A stretch of 64,000 nucleotides of DNA from Candidatus Hydrogenedentota bacterium. GTDB lineage: Bacteria > Hydrogenedentota > Hydrogenedentia > Hydrogenedentales > SLHB01. The DNA is taken from contig CAXXTH010000022.1 in assembly GCA_963668025.2 (NCBI GenBank), forward strand, positions 32,001 to 96,000. The letters are read 5' to 3'. Each line of letters starts with the position of its first letter. The stretch's first letter is position 1. Shown here piece after piece: positions 39,551 through 49,108 of this stretch. The position numbers were made by a program, and so were the translations under genes. The notes beneath the pieces are model-generated. The model was not told the origin of the DNA. It made no database searches and saw only the letters and a program-made list of their open reading frames with translations.

Positions 39551-41905
39551 ATGAGATACAAAGCGACGCTGGAACCCGGTAGTCCTTATAACAGCAGGTG
39601 TTTTCTTTGGGCGTTATTCATGGTTGTATTGGGCGCATATGCATATGGCGGCGAAGACGTATCAGCGAAGACATCCAAGTCTTTCGAAGCTTCGAAAATC
39701 AAGGCCGGGCTGAGCAAAATCGGAGTAGGGGAAAGCTACGAAATCATCATCGCGGATGAGTGCGATGTGGTCGAGAATACCGCTGCGGAGATGATGCAGC
39801 GGTTTTTAGCAAAGGCGTCCTTGCCTGCCCGCATCGTCAAGGAATCTCAAGCCACCGGAGACAAACGGATTCTCCTAGGGCGTGAATCCAATCTCAAAGC
39901 CATCCGGGAGTTTGGTGATTCGGGAGATATTAACATCCGGGACGTTTCCGCGGAGGACGATGGATACCATCTGAAGCAAATAGGCAAGAGTATTGTGATT
40001 GCAGGGGCGAATCCTCGCGGTGTCCTGTATGGCGTCTATGCATTTGAGGATTTTGTTTATGCAGGGGCGAACGGTAACCTTGATATTAAAAAGGTTCCTT
40101 ATTTCCGTAAACGTGGAAGCGGACCCTCATATACGGATGTGCAGTTTGATGCGAAACTGGAGGACTTCCCCGAAGAAAAAGCGGAGTACCTTTCCCGATT
40201 GGGAATCAATCAAATGACGGACCAAGGAATCTCAGGAAATTTGTGCCGGTTTGTAAAAAGTGATATTTTCCCATTCCAAACGCCGCCGGATCCGGAATTT
40301 CAGCGGAAATTGAAAGCAATGTTTGCCACATGCAAGAAGTATGGAATCGATATATACCTATTTTTAATTGAGCCTGCCTTAGTGGATGTTCCCGGCGGTA
40401 TTGACAGCTACCCAAAAGAGGCGCTTGGAACGGTCCGGCCACCGTGGGGAGGCGATAAAGATGGCCTTGCCCGTACATTATGCGTCAGCAGCCCGCTTAC
40501 CCAGCAATACTTGCGGGAGATGACCAAAAAATTAATCCGGGAATATCCTGATCTTGATGGGATTAATTTCTATAATCTAGATTGCGGTTCATGGCTATGC
40601 ACCCCGGAGTTATGTGAACGCTGCAAAAAGGTATGCTCCGATACTTCGCAACACGAGTTTGCGCCATGGGAGCTGCAAGCGAATTGCTTCACTCTTCTCG
40701 CGGAAGCAGCACACGAAGAAAAGCCGGATTTTGACTTCAGGCTTTGGAGTTCCGTGCATTTCCATGGTGAACGATTCGAGAAGATGGTTCACGCGGTGCA
40801 AGGATATAATGGCATTATGAGTTCTTGGACTGGCTCTGATAGATCACTCATGGTGCCGGATGCGGCAGTGCGCACGGAAACATGCGTGCAGTCACAAGCA
40901 CTTGCGAAGGAACGCGGCGTGCCATTTTACATGATGGCGGAGTTCAATAACTTCGAAATCGTCCCTAAAAGCCTGCCCTATCCTTTCCACGTATGTGATG
41001 CGTTGAAGAAATACCAGCAATGGGATGTGCAGAATATCATCGAGATTTTCGGCAGCGCCCCCGAGCAGAATCCCATTAACGCCATCACCGCAACCGCATT
41101 TGAATGGAATCCCAAACAAGACACAGCGGAATTCCTAGAAGCCTTGTCACTTCAACAGTTCGGAAAGCCTGCCGGAAAAGAAATGTACCAGGCTTGGAAG
41201 GAAATGAAGGATGCGTTTGATGTGTGGAACGACGTCAAGTCCCCCCCATTCCCGTTGATGGGGAGCCAATTCCACGTCAAAATGGGGCTGTCGATTGGCG
41301 GGCTTCCTCCGGCGCTCACGCCAGACATTGCCCAATATTATGATTCACTCCTCGATACCTTAACCCGAGTGGAGCCTTGGCTTGCAGAGGGCTATCAGCA
41401 ACATAAAACACAAGCATTCCTAGACAAAATGGAACAAATGAGCAGCCATATCGCGTTAGCGGCAAGCCACGCGAAAAAAGCTATCGACAAGGCCAGCAGT
41501 GAAGAATACATCGGCATTTCTAGCTACCAAGGGGCGGACGGACGCCAAAGCTGCAAGGAATATGCCGAGTTGAATTATGCATCGATCACCATCGCGAATG
41601 TGCTGTGCAAGCAGCGGTGCAACATCGTTCGCGCGTATCGCTTGTTAACCGACATGGAAAACGCGCGAGCCGCAGGCGATGAAAAGACCGTCCAGGAGAA
41701 AAAGAAGGTATACGATGCGCTTGTTCGGGAGGACATCGTCGAACAGGAACAGTTCTGCGAGCTGCTCACGGGATTCTCGAAGATGCAGCCGTGCTACACC
41801 CGAACGAGCCTGACGGAGAAGGAGATTGCCGATCTGCTCTCGACGACGCAGGGAAAGATTAAAAAAATGCAGGAGTATCTCGCCACGGCTCCGGCCACAA
41901 GCTGA
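39551..41905 (+). CDS. Secreted putative glycoside hydrolase, array copy 5
   Basis: Most similar to copy 4. ATG 39551 (MRYK) aligns with the MGYK/MGYN starts of copies 2 and 4. Confidence 0.7.
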   Translation: MRYKATLEPGSPYNSRCFLWALFMVVLGAYAYGGEDVSAKTSKSFEASKIKAGLSKIGVGESYEIIIADECDVVENTAAEMMQRFLAKASLPARIVKESQATGDKRILLGRESNLKAIREFGDSGDINIRDVSAEDDGYHLKQIGKSIVIAGANPRGVLYGVYAFEDFVYAGANGNLDIKKVPYFRKRGSGPSYTDVQFDAKLEDFPEEKAEYLSRLGINQMTDQGISGNLCRFVKSDIFPFQTPPDPEFQRKLKAMFATCKKYGIDIYLFLIEPALVDVPGGIDSYPKEALGTVRPPWGGDKDGLARTLCVSSPLTQQYLREMTKKLIREYPDLDGINFYNLDCGSWLCTPELCERCKKVCSDTSQHEFAPWELQANCFTLLAEAAHEEKPDFDFRLWSSVHFHGERFEKMVHAVQGYNGIMSSWTGSDRSLMVPDAAVRTETCVQSQALAKERGVPFYMMAEFNNFEIVPKSLPYPFHVCDALKKYQQWDVQNIIEIFGSAPEQNPINAITATAFEWNPKQDTAEFLEALSLQQFGKPAGKEMYQAWKEMKDAFDVWNDVKSPPFPLMGSQFHVKMGLSIGGLPPALTPDIAQYYDSLLDTLTRVEPWLAEGYQQHKTQAFLDKMEQMSSHIALAASHAKKAIDKASSEEYIGISSYQGADGRQSCKEYAELNYASITIANVLCKQRCNIVRAYRLLTDMENARAAGDEKTVQEKKKVYDALVREDIVEQEQFCELLTGFSKMQPCYTRTSLTEKEIADLLSTTQGKIKKMQEYLATAPATS
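39595..39908 (+). repeat. Near-identical 314-bp direct repeat, copy B
   Basis: Matches 36934-37247. Confidence 0.9.
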
Positions 41906-41962
41906 TGTAATAAAGATGCCTTGTCTATCCCAGGCAATTGCATCAAACGATGAAATGATACC

Positions 41963-42002
41963 AGAGGCGCAAGAGTTTTTTCTTGCGCCTCTTCTGCTTT
42001 TA
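41963..42002 (+). terminator. Probable terminator after the array
   Basis: AGAGGCGCAAGA-N6-TCTTGCGCCTCT, 12-bp perfect stem, then TCTGCTTTT. Confidence 0.6.
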
Positions 42003-42155
42003 ATGGCCAATTGCCGCTAAATTATTGAATTTAGTTTATTTGACACGCTTATCATTCCAACAAATGGTTATAAACCTCCCCCCCGCAGTCTTTCCTTTGC
42101 TCAGAAACACCATATGGATGATTGATTGAGAAAGGGCTTGCGCTACAGGCCCCAC

Positions 42156-42178
42156 TTGTGTATACTGAGTATACACAA
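42156..42178. promoter_or_regulatory. Perfect 23-bp operator-like palindrome
   Basis: TTGTGTATACT-G-AGTATACACAA upstream of the GH2 gene. Confidence 0.65.
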
Positions 42179-42235
42179 ATTAAATCCATTCCAGGGGCTT
42201 TCGATACAGGTATTCTCAAAATTCCAAGGCTATTT

Positions 42236-42275
42236 TCGGACATTGGCGCAATATATCGGACATTGGCGCAATATA
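42236..42275. repeat. Perfect 20-bp tandem duplication
   Basis: TCGGACATTGGCGCAATATA repeated twice. Confidence 0.9.
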
Positions 42276-42350
42276 GTTGCATACGGTTAGTAATCGTTCG
42301 ATACAGACTGGCATGGTTGGGGTCGTTTATTTCAGAAAGGATGCAAAGAG

Positions 42351-45300
42351 GTGAAACAAATGAATGTGCGAAGACAAATCGAAAAGACCGGAAAGAATGG
42401 TTTCGTCTCTACAATCTCCCGTTTTGCTCAATGTATGTGCTTATTGATTTTAATGCATGGAGGAATGGCGATGGGAGCCGAATTGGCTGTAGGGCAAAAT
42501 CTTCTCCTGAGTGGTTCGGATTGGCGGATACATGAAGAAGCGACTGGCTTCATGGAGGCCGATGTTCTCGCCATGCAGCAACTCGAAGGATGGACTCCCG
42601 CCTCGGTTCCGGGAAACATCCAAGCAGACTTGGAATCCGCGCATCTGTTGAATCCGCTTTGGTATGGGCCAGGGGATCCCCGGCTGCATGAAGTCGCCCG
42701 TAAAAACTGGTGGTATTGCAAGGATGTTGTTCTTCCTCAAGAGGTGGAAGGCAAACGGCTGACGCTCATTTTTGATGGTGTGGATTTTGAATGCCGGGTG
42801 TGGGTCAACGGCCATTCTGTCGGCGCTAATAAAGGCATGTTTCGACGTTTCTGGTTTGACGTACAGGAGCATGTAAAGCCAGGCCAAGCCAACCGGATCG
42901 TGGTGTGGATTGCTGCTATGCCTGCGGAACTGTATCCCAAAATGGTGAATTGCGAAGGCACGCCCGAGACCCATTTGAAGGAGCCTAAATACTGGTTTGT
43001 AAACGGGATGAACGATACTCGAGTGTTGCTCAAAGACCTCAAAGCTCCTGCGAACTGGAGTTACGATTGGGGCACCAACATTTACACCCTGGGCATCTGG
43101 AAAGATGTTTCGCTTCGGATCACCGAGCAAGCCCGGATTGACTGGGTGCGCGTTGATACGACGTTATCACCCGATTTTAAGAACGCCACGGCGCATGTCC
43201 AGCTTGATATTGACAGCCCGGAAGCCGGGGCCGCCACGGCGGCATTCCGCATTCATGGGAACGGGGCCGACATACCGTTGAGTGTTCCCGTAACGCTTCA
43301 GGCAGGCCAGAACCATGTTACGGCGGATATACCATTTGCAAATCCTGAGCTTTGGTGGCCGAACGGACATGGCAGCCAGCCCATCTACCAGCTTGAGTCG
43401 TCTCTACATGCGCCGGATGGGGGCGTTATCGCGGACGCCCGCAGCACCAAGTTTGGGGTGCGTGAGATCCGCTGGGAACAGCTCGAGGGAGCCCCCAAGG
43501 ACTTCATCAATCCATTTCAGTTGGTGGTTAATGGCAGGCCGATTCGCATGATGGGGTCAAACCTGACCTCGCCAGATTTGTTGTTTGGGCGGAATGACCA
43601 GCATAGCCGCTGGTACATGCAGATGGCGAAGGATGCGGGATTCAACACCCTCCGGCTGCATGGAGGCCAAGTCATTTTCAGCGATGTGATGTATGACGCA
43701 GCGGATGAACTGGGGATCATGTTATCGCAGGAGTTTCCGATTGCGAACTGTGTTCCCGAAAACGATGAAGAATTCCTACGCAATTTGGAAACCACTTCAC
43801 GCAACATCGCCAGACAGGTCCGCAATCACCCTTGTATTATTGAATGGACTGGCGGAAATGAGATGGGCTGGCTGCAAGGAGCCGACATCCCTGCTCTTCA
43901 TGTGTTCGAGCGCGTGATCAAGGAAGAAGATGACGCCATATTCCGGGCAACCTGCCCCATACAAGGCGGATATCACACCCCCTATGTTTACAAGCCGGAT
44001 GGTTATTATTCCCATTTTAATCACTTGAACAGCGATTATTTTGGCGGAGCCCCTCTAATGCGCTATGGGGAGTTCGGAACCCAATCTCCGGCCAATCTGG
44101 AAGTCTGGTATCGCGAAATCCCACCCTCATCGCAATGGCCCATCAAGGGATGGGAAGACTGGATTCTGTGCAGGAAAATGGTTGCCGATGGGCCATTGCC
44201 GGAAAGCCAGTATTGGTTGCACAAGTCCATTATAGATTTTTGTTTTGGCCCACAGGATGGGCTGCCGGGACTCGTTCAGGGCGGCCAATATCTTGGCGCG
44301 GAAGGGTTGCGGTATGCAATGGACGCTCTGCGTCGAAGGGGCAAAACATTCGGTGGATTCATGAATTGGGACTTCAATGAGCCTTGGCCGAACGGCGGGG
44401 GCAGTTTCATGGTCGATTATGATGGCCGTCCCTTAATGAATTTCTATTTTTCGAAACAGGCATGCGCACCCATCAGCCTTTCGCTTAAGTATGATTCCTT
44501 CCAATATGAACCGGACAAGGGCATTCAAGCAGAGTTATGGATGGTGAGCGACGCGCCAGAAGCCGCGCAGAATTTACGCTGGCGCTGGCTGGCCCGGGAT
44601 CGCAGGGGAACGGTTATCACCCAAAACGAAGGGCAAGCATCGATTGAGCCGGTGGGCGTTCTGCATCTGGATGATCTGGCCATCAAGCCTCTCGACAAAA
44701 CGATGTTTGGCCCCATCTTGGTTGAGCTTAGCCTTTACGACCAAGCCGGAAATCTGTTGACTGATAGAATACATATCTTCGGCGTGGACCGTGTTCGAGG
44801 CCCCCTGGGCGGCCTATTGGATAATCGAGCGCCAGACCAGGATGATGATCCTTTGGCCTGGAGTTCGGCTCCATTGTTGACGAAACCTATGTCGCCGAAA
44901 CCGGACAATCAGATGAACCTTGCCTATGTGGGAAATGGCGCTCAACCGGCAACCGCCACCACGGAAATACCAGTGGGAAGCCATCCCGCAAAGAACATCA
45001 ATGACGGCGCTTACGGCAATGGGCGCAGTTGGATATCAAACCTCGATGAAGCATCCTTCACCATTGATTTGAGCAAGGAATATACGCTCGGTTTATTCAA
45101 AATCGGACGGGACCGCGCCAGTGGACTAGATGATCGGAAAATGGATTCTCTCAAGATAGAAGTCTCATTGGATGGCCAAAACTGGACAATGGCCTATGAA
45201 AAGACTGGAATATCATCCATTCCCGGGTACAGTCCCACCAAGACGCTGGAGATTCAAATCCCTCGTGTGAATGGACGGTTTGTGCGGGCAACTGTTGGGC

Positions 45301-46277
45301 CTAATGAAGTAGGCGTAGATGAATTTGAAGCCTATGCGCCACTTACAAGCTCCGATCCCGAAGGAGAACTTCCCAGAGTCACCTTCACGGACCCAGCAGC
45401 CATTGAACGCAGCTTCTTTACCTATTACGAGGAGCTGCCTCTTCTTTCACGTCCGGTCAAACGCACCGCGTTCCAAGTGGAAAGCGAGCCTATGCAAACC
45501 GAGGGAGACACCGAAACCATACGGTTGCATGTAACGAACACAGGCGCGATGACTGCACTGTTCTGTGAAGTTCACCCGATGCTTGAATACCGGACCGACC
45601 TGGAGATTGACAACAATTTCTGTTCTATACCCCCAGGAGAAAAACGAACCATCAATGTTCGCGCCAGCAGCAGTCCCGCAGGCGGCTTGCATCTGGACGA
45701 AACAGGCTGGCGCACCTCGTGCTGGAATGCCGATGATGTATATACAGTGCCAGCCCCGAATGTACTTTTGTCCGTCGGCCGAAGGGACAAGATGTGCCGG
45801 GAGTATGCCGGATATGGCAACATCGCTTCCATCAAAGACCGGAAAGAGGAAACGGTGACCGCGGAAATCAAATATCTCGGCGGTGAGCAGATACCGTTTA
45901 TATTGCAAAAGTCGCACCAATACCTAAGGTTTCAATTTGCCGCCGATGATGCAGCGGGGCAGGCGGCATCGCAGTTGCGGCTGCATACCGCGGATCAATC
46001 CCCCGATGCGCCCACCAGCGTGAAGCTCACGGTAAATGGCACGGAATTCAACGTATCAATTCCGAAGGGTATCGGCGTCCAGTCTACCGAGCCATTCCAT
46101 CTTGCTTTCCCCTATACTGCTGTAGTGGACATTCCCGCAGGATGCATCAAGGCGGGGAATAATGTGCTGGATGTCCAAGTGCTCAATGACGGCTGGTTTA
46201 CGTGGGATGCCATGGATCTGCTATCAAAAGCTGGCTCTAGTGCAAAAACGCCAAGCGCTACGCCAGGCATGCAATAA
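42351..46277 (+). CDS. Secreted GH2 (beta-mannosidase-like) with inserted F5/8C (CBM32-like) domain and C-terminal CBM-like domain
   Basis: LIFDGVD, SYDWG, GIWKDV, LWWPNGHG.Q..Y, RNHPCIIEWTGGNE acid/base, YGEFG nucleophile; NINDG...SWIS..FTIDL discoidin segment. Confidence 0.88.
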   Translation: MKQMNVRRQIEKTGKNGFVSTISRFAQCMCLLILMHGGMAMGAELAVGQNLLLSGSDWRIHEEATGFMEADVLAMQQLEGWTPASVPGNIQADLESAHLLNPLWYGPGDPRLHEVARKNWWYCKDVVLPQEVEGKRLTLIFDGVDFECRVWVNGHSVGANKGMFRRFWFDVQEHVKPGQANRIVVWIAAMPAELYPKMVNCEGTPETHLKEPKYWFVNGMNDTRVLLKDLKAPANWSYDWGTNIYTLGIWKDVSLRITEQARIDWVRVDTTLSPDFKNATAHVQLDIDSPEAGAATAAFRIHGNGADIPLSVPVTLQAGQNHVTADIPFANPELWWPNGHGSQPIYQLESSLHAPDGGVIADARSTKFGVREIRWEQLEGAPKDFINPFQLVVNGRPIRMMGSNLTSPDLLFGRNDQHSRWYMQMAKDAGFNTLRLHGGQVIFSDVMYDAADELGIMLSQEFPIANCVPENDEEFLRNLETTSRNIARQVRNHPCIIEWTGGNEMGWLQGADIPALHVFERVIKEEDDAIFRATCPIQGGYHTPYVYKPDGYYSHFNHLNSDYFGGAPLMRYGEFGTQSPANLEVWYREIPPSSQWPIKGWEDWILCRKMVADGPLPESQYWLHKSIIDFCFGPQDGLPGLVQGGQYLGAEGLRYAMDALRRRGKTFGGFMNWDFNEPWPNGGGSFMVDYDGRPLMNFYFSKQACAPISLSLKYDSFQYEPDKGIQAELWMVSDAPEAAQNLRWRWLARDRRGTVITQNEGQASIEPVGVLHLDDLAIKPLDKTMFGPILVELSLYDQAGNLLTDRIHIFGVDRVRGPLGGLLDNRAPDQDDDPLAWSSAPLLTKPMSPKPDNQMNLAYVGNGAQPATATTEIPVGSHPAKNINDGAYGNGRSWISNLDEASFTIDLSKEYTLGLFKIGRDRASGLDDRKMDSLKIEVSLDGQNWTMAYEKTGISSIPGYSPTKTLEIQIPRVNGRFVRATVGPNEVGVDEFEAYAPLTSSDPEGELPRVTFTDPAAIERSFFTYYEELPLLSRPVKRTAFQVESEPMQTEGDTETIRLHVTNTGAMTALFCEVHPMLEYRTDLEIDNNFCSIPPGEKRTINVRASSSPAGGLHLDETGWRTSCWNADDVYTVPAPNVLLSVGRRDKMCREYAGYGNIASIKDRKEETVTAEIKYLGGEQIPFILQKSHQYLRFQFAADDAAGQAASQLRLHTADQSPDAPTSVKLTVNGTEFNVSIPKGIGVQSTEPFHLAFPYTAVVDIPAGCIKAGNNVLDVQVLNDGWFTWDAMDLLSKAGSSAKTPSATPGMQ

Positions 46278-46327
46278 AACAAAACGAGATTTGCATTGGA
46301 CTAGTTAAGTCCTAGTAAAAAGACTAC

Positions 46328-46364
46328 CGGGTTACCGTAAAAAAAATGCGGTAACCCGTTTTTT
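46328..46364 (+). terminator. Rho-independent terminator
   Basis: CGGGTTACCG...CGGTAACCCG followed by TTTTTT. Confidence 0.85.
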
Positions 46365-46617
46365 ATATATATACTTTTGTATAGAACTTTTTATTATCTA
46401 TCTTACAAATTTTATAATACTATCGCGGACATAAGAAAAAACCATTTTTTTAGACATGTATTCCAAGAAAACAATTTTACTGTGGCTATGACTCGCTATA
46501 CGTATCACGGATGTGGTGATTCATAGCCATGATTCGGTCTATAATTCCGCGGATGGAGGCGAGGCGTTTTGGCGCGTAGCTTCTGGCTTTGTTTGAAAGC
46601 CGCGGAGGGCTAGAGGT

Positions 46618-47565
46618 ATGCGTATTGCCGTTGCGGGCGGGGGCGGGCTGGCGTCATGCGTGCTTGAACCGCTGCTGGAATCGAGCCACGAGATCGTGGC
46701 CCTTGTCCGCGATGGGCGCAAAACCAAAGGGATGCGGCGCAAACTCGAGAAGCTGGCGGCGGGCGCGCTGGAAAGGGGGTCTTCAGCCATATCGCTCGCC
46801 CGGCGCGGGCGTATTCCAATTGTCTACATTGACCGTATGGACAGCCAAGAACTGGCTCCGCTGGCGGCTTGCAAGCCCGACCTGCTCCTTGTGGCGGGTT
46901 TCGGCATTATTTTGAAACAGCCTCTCCTCACGCTGCCGCGCATCGGCTGCGTGAATTGCCATTCCTCGCTCCTGCCGCGCCACCGGGGGCCGAATCCTTA
47001 TCGGGCCGTGATTCTTGCGGATGAGCCTGAGACGGGCGTCACATTTCATGTGATGACCGAGGGGATTGATGACGGCGATATCCTCGGCCAGTATCGGTTT
47101 TCGCTCGCCCCCGAGGACACGGGAGGTTCAGTTTTTATGAAATGCAACAGCCTCGCACGCAGGAATGTCCTGGATGTGATAGAGCGCATCGAGCGAGAGG
47201 GCCTGCGGGGCGCGCCGCAAGATCCTGCCGAGGCGACTTATGATAAGAATCTGTCCGAAGAAGAAATGCTCATCGACTGGTCTTGGCCCGCACGGCGCAT
47301 TGAGGCCCTGATTCGGGCGTGTTGCCCCTTCTCGCCGGCGCGATTCCGCCACGGGCGGCATATTGTCCATGTATGGTCGGCATGTTACGACGAGGAGCCT
47401 TGTGACGCCCCGCCGGGAACCGTACTGGCCGCCGAATCCCACGTGTTCATCGCCACCGGAGAAGGCGCGCTGCAAATCAGGCAGGCCGCATTGCAGGGCG
47501 CGTTAAACTGGACATGGCCTTCGCCATTGCATAAGCTGAAGCCTGGTGACCGGCTTGGGCCTTAA
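46618..47565 (+). CDS. Formyltransferase (Fmt/ArnA-like)
   Basis: NCHSSLLPRHRGPNP, ETGVTFH, GIDDGDIL, IDWSWPA motifs. Lacks the FMGTP N-terminus of canonical Fmt. Confidence 0.82.
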   Translation: MRIAVAGGGGLASCVLEPLLESSHEIVALVRDGRKTKGMRRKLEKLAAGALERGSSAISLARRGRIPIVYIDRMDSQELAPLAACKPDLLLVAGFGIILKQPLLTLPRIGCVNCHSSLLPRHRGPNPYRAVILADEPETGVTFHVMTEGIDDGDILGQYRFSLAPEDTGGSVFMKCNSLARRNVLDVIERIEREGLRGAPQDPAEATYDKNLSEEEMLIDWSWPARRIEALIRACCPFSPARFRHGRHIVHVWSACYDEEPCDAPPGTVLAAESHVFIATGEGALQIRQAALQGALNWTWPSPLHKLKPGDRLGP

Positions 47566-47593
47566 GGGCCCCCATGAAAGAGGAACACAACAA

Positions 47594-48199
47594 GTGGACA
47601 TAGAGATCCGGGAATACCGACCCGAGGACGAGGCGGAATGGATGCGCGTGCATGCCATTATTTTGAGCATATCCCATGCATGGAACTACACCATCCAGGA
47701 GCGTCCTCTATACGAGGGCTATGCATCCACCAAGCTTGTGGCGCTCGGTGAAGGGCGCATCATTGGCCTCACGGACACGCAGTATGAAAATGAGCCAGGT
47801 GAAGTATGTTTTCAGCGGGACAGCCGGGGCGGCTATGTCCTGGAATTTGGCCGCCTGCCCGAATATGCGGGCCACCGCATTGGCCAGATCCTCATCCACG
47901 CCACGATAGAAGACGCCTTGAAAAAGGGCATTCACCGCCTCGAATACTGGTCGCAAGATCGCAAGGCCCAGCGCTATTACGCCCGCATGGGATTGAAGGA
48001 AATTGGCCGCCATTACCGGTTCCGGATGAAGGCTCCTGCACCCGTAGCGGAATGCCTCGACCCGAAAGTGGTGGGCATTGAGTATCTGTACGGCGTCTGC
48101 CTGCCGGAACAATGGCCGCATGTACAAGAACAGTATGAAATCATCACGCGACCGCCGCTCGAACCTCATCTCTGTGTGGGATATGAAATTCGATTCTGA
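47594..48199 (+). CDS. GNAT family acetyltransferase
   Basis: IEIREYRPED start; PEYAGHRIGQIL motif A; AQRYYARMG motif B. GTG 47594 follows GAGGAA. Confidence 0.78.
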   Translation: MDIEIREYRPEDEAEWMRVHAIILSISHAWNYTIQERPLYEGYASTKLVALGEGRIIGLTDTQYENEPGEVCFQRDSRGGYVLEFGRLPEYAGHRIGQILIHATIEDALKKGIHRLEYWSQDRKAQRYYARMGLKEIGRHYRFRMKAPAPVAECLDPKVVGIEYLYGVCLPEQWPHVQEQYEIITRPPLEPHLCVGYEIRF

Positions 48200-48235
48200 A
48201 GCCAGATGCGCCTGGATGTATAAGGAGATTCCGCT

Positions 48236-48961
48236 GTGCTCTTGGACAAATTAAGGGAAATTATTGAAGGCTGCCAAAACATGGTGTTTCTAGGAGGAGC
48301 TGGGGTATCCACGGAAAGCGATATTCCCGATTTCCGTAGTGAAAAAGGCATCTATAAGGTCCAGCACGAATACGGCTATCCACCGGAAGCCATGCTCAGC
48401 CATACGTTTTTCATGAAGCATACGGAGGAATTCTACCGTTTTTACAGAGAAACCATGTTGTACCCCCATGCAAAACCGAACCATGCGCATCAGGCGTTAG
48501 CGGAATTAGAAAAGCGGGGAAAACTGAAGTCGATCATTACCCAAAATATCGATGGACTTCACCAGTTAGCAGGAAGCAAGCGCGTTTTGGAACTGCATGG
48601 CTCCGTTTATCGGAATTACTGCATGGATTGCGGCGCGAAATATGATCTCGATTATGTCATTGATTTTGAAGGCGCTATCCCAAGATGCACGAAATGCCGG
48701 GGAATTATTAAGCCGGATGTCGTCTTGTATGAAGAACCGCTACGGGAGGATATTTTGTCGCAATCCGTCGATGCTATTTCGCATGCGGATGTGATGATGG
48801 TGGGAGGCACTTCCCTATCGGTTTATCCGGCGGCGGGATTGGTCAATTATTACCGGGGAAAGCAATTGATTCTCATTAATCAATCCGAGACGCCGTATGA
48901 CGATAAAGCCAGCTTGGTCATCCATGAGCGCATTGGCGACGTGTTGCGAAAAGCTTGTTGA
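48236..48961 (+). CDS. cobB: NAD-dependent protein deacylase (Sir2 family)
   Basis: GGAGVSTESDIPDFRS, TQNIDGLH, ELHGS, two CxxC pairs, KPDVVLY, GTSLSVYPA. Confidence 0.93.
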   Translation: MLLDKLREIIEGCQNMVFLGGAGVSTESDIPDFRSEKGIYKVQHEYGYPPEAMLSHTFFMKHTEEFYRFYRETMLYPHAKPNHAHQALAELEKRGKLKSIITQNIDGLHQLAGSKRVLELHGSVYRNYCMDCGAKYDLDYVIDFEGAIPRCTKCRGIIKPDVVLYEEPLREDILSQSVDAISHADVMMVGGTSLSVYPAAGLVNYYRGKQLILINQSETPYDDKASLVIHERIGDVLRKAC

Positions 48962-49108
48962 TTCAGTCAATAAGCAGCGTAGCATGTGCGTCCCGCCCAT
49001 GCTACGCGTCTGATAACCTCACCAAGAATTGAACCTTCGACTCCCCCACGCTATACTTTTTTTCGCTTTCATATGATAGCTTCGCCAAAAGCCCAAGGGG
49101 GGGATTTG

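Noticed and set aside
36934-39908. Diversity-generating retroelement TR/VR pair
   Set aside because: Both copies are in-frame N-terminal coding sequence, mismatches are not adenine-specific, and no reverse transcriptase gene is present.
42236-42275. CRISPR mini-array
   Set aside because: Two adjacent 20-bp units with no spacer, and no cas genes.
48236-48961. Sir2-based anti-phage defence system
   Set aside because: Canonical Zn-binding CobB-type sirtuin with no HerA, pAgo or TIR partner.
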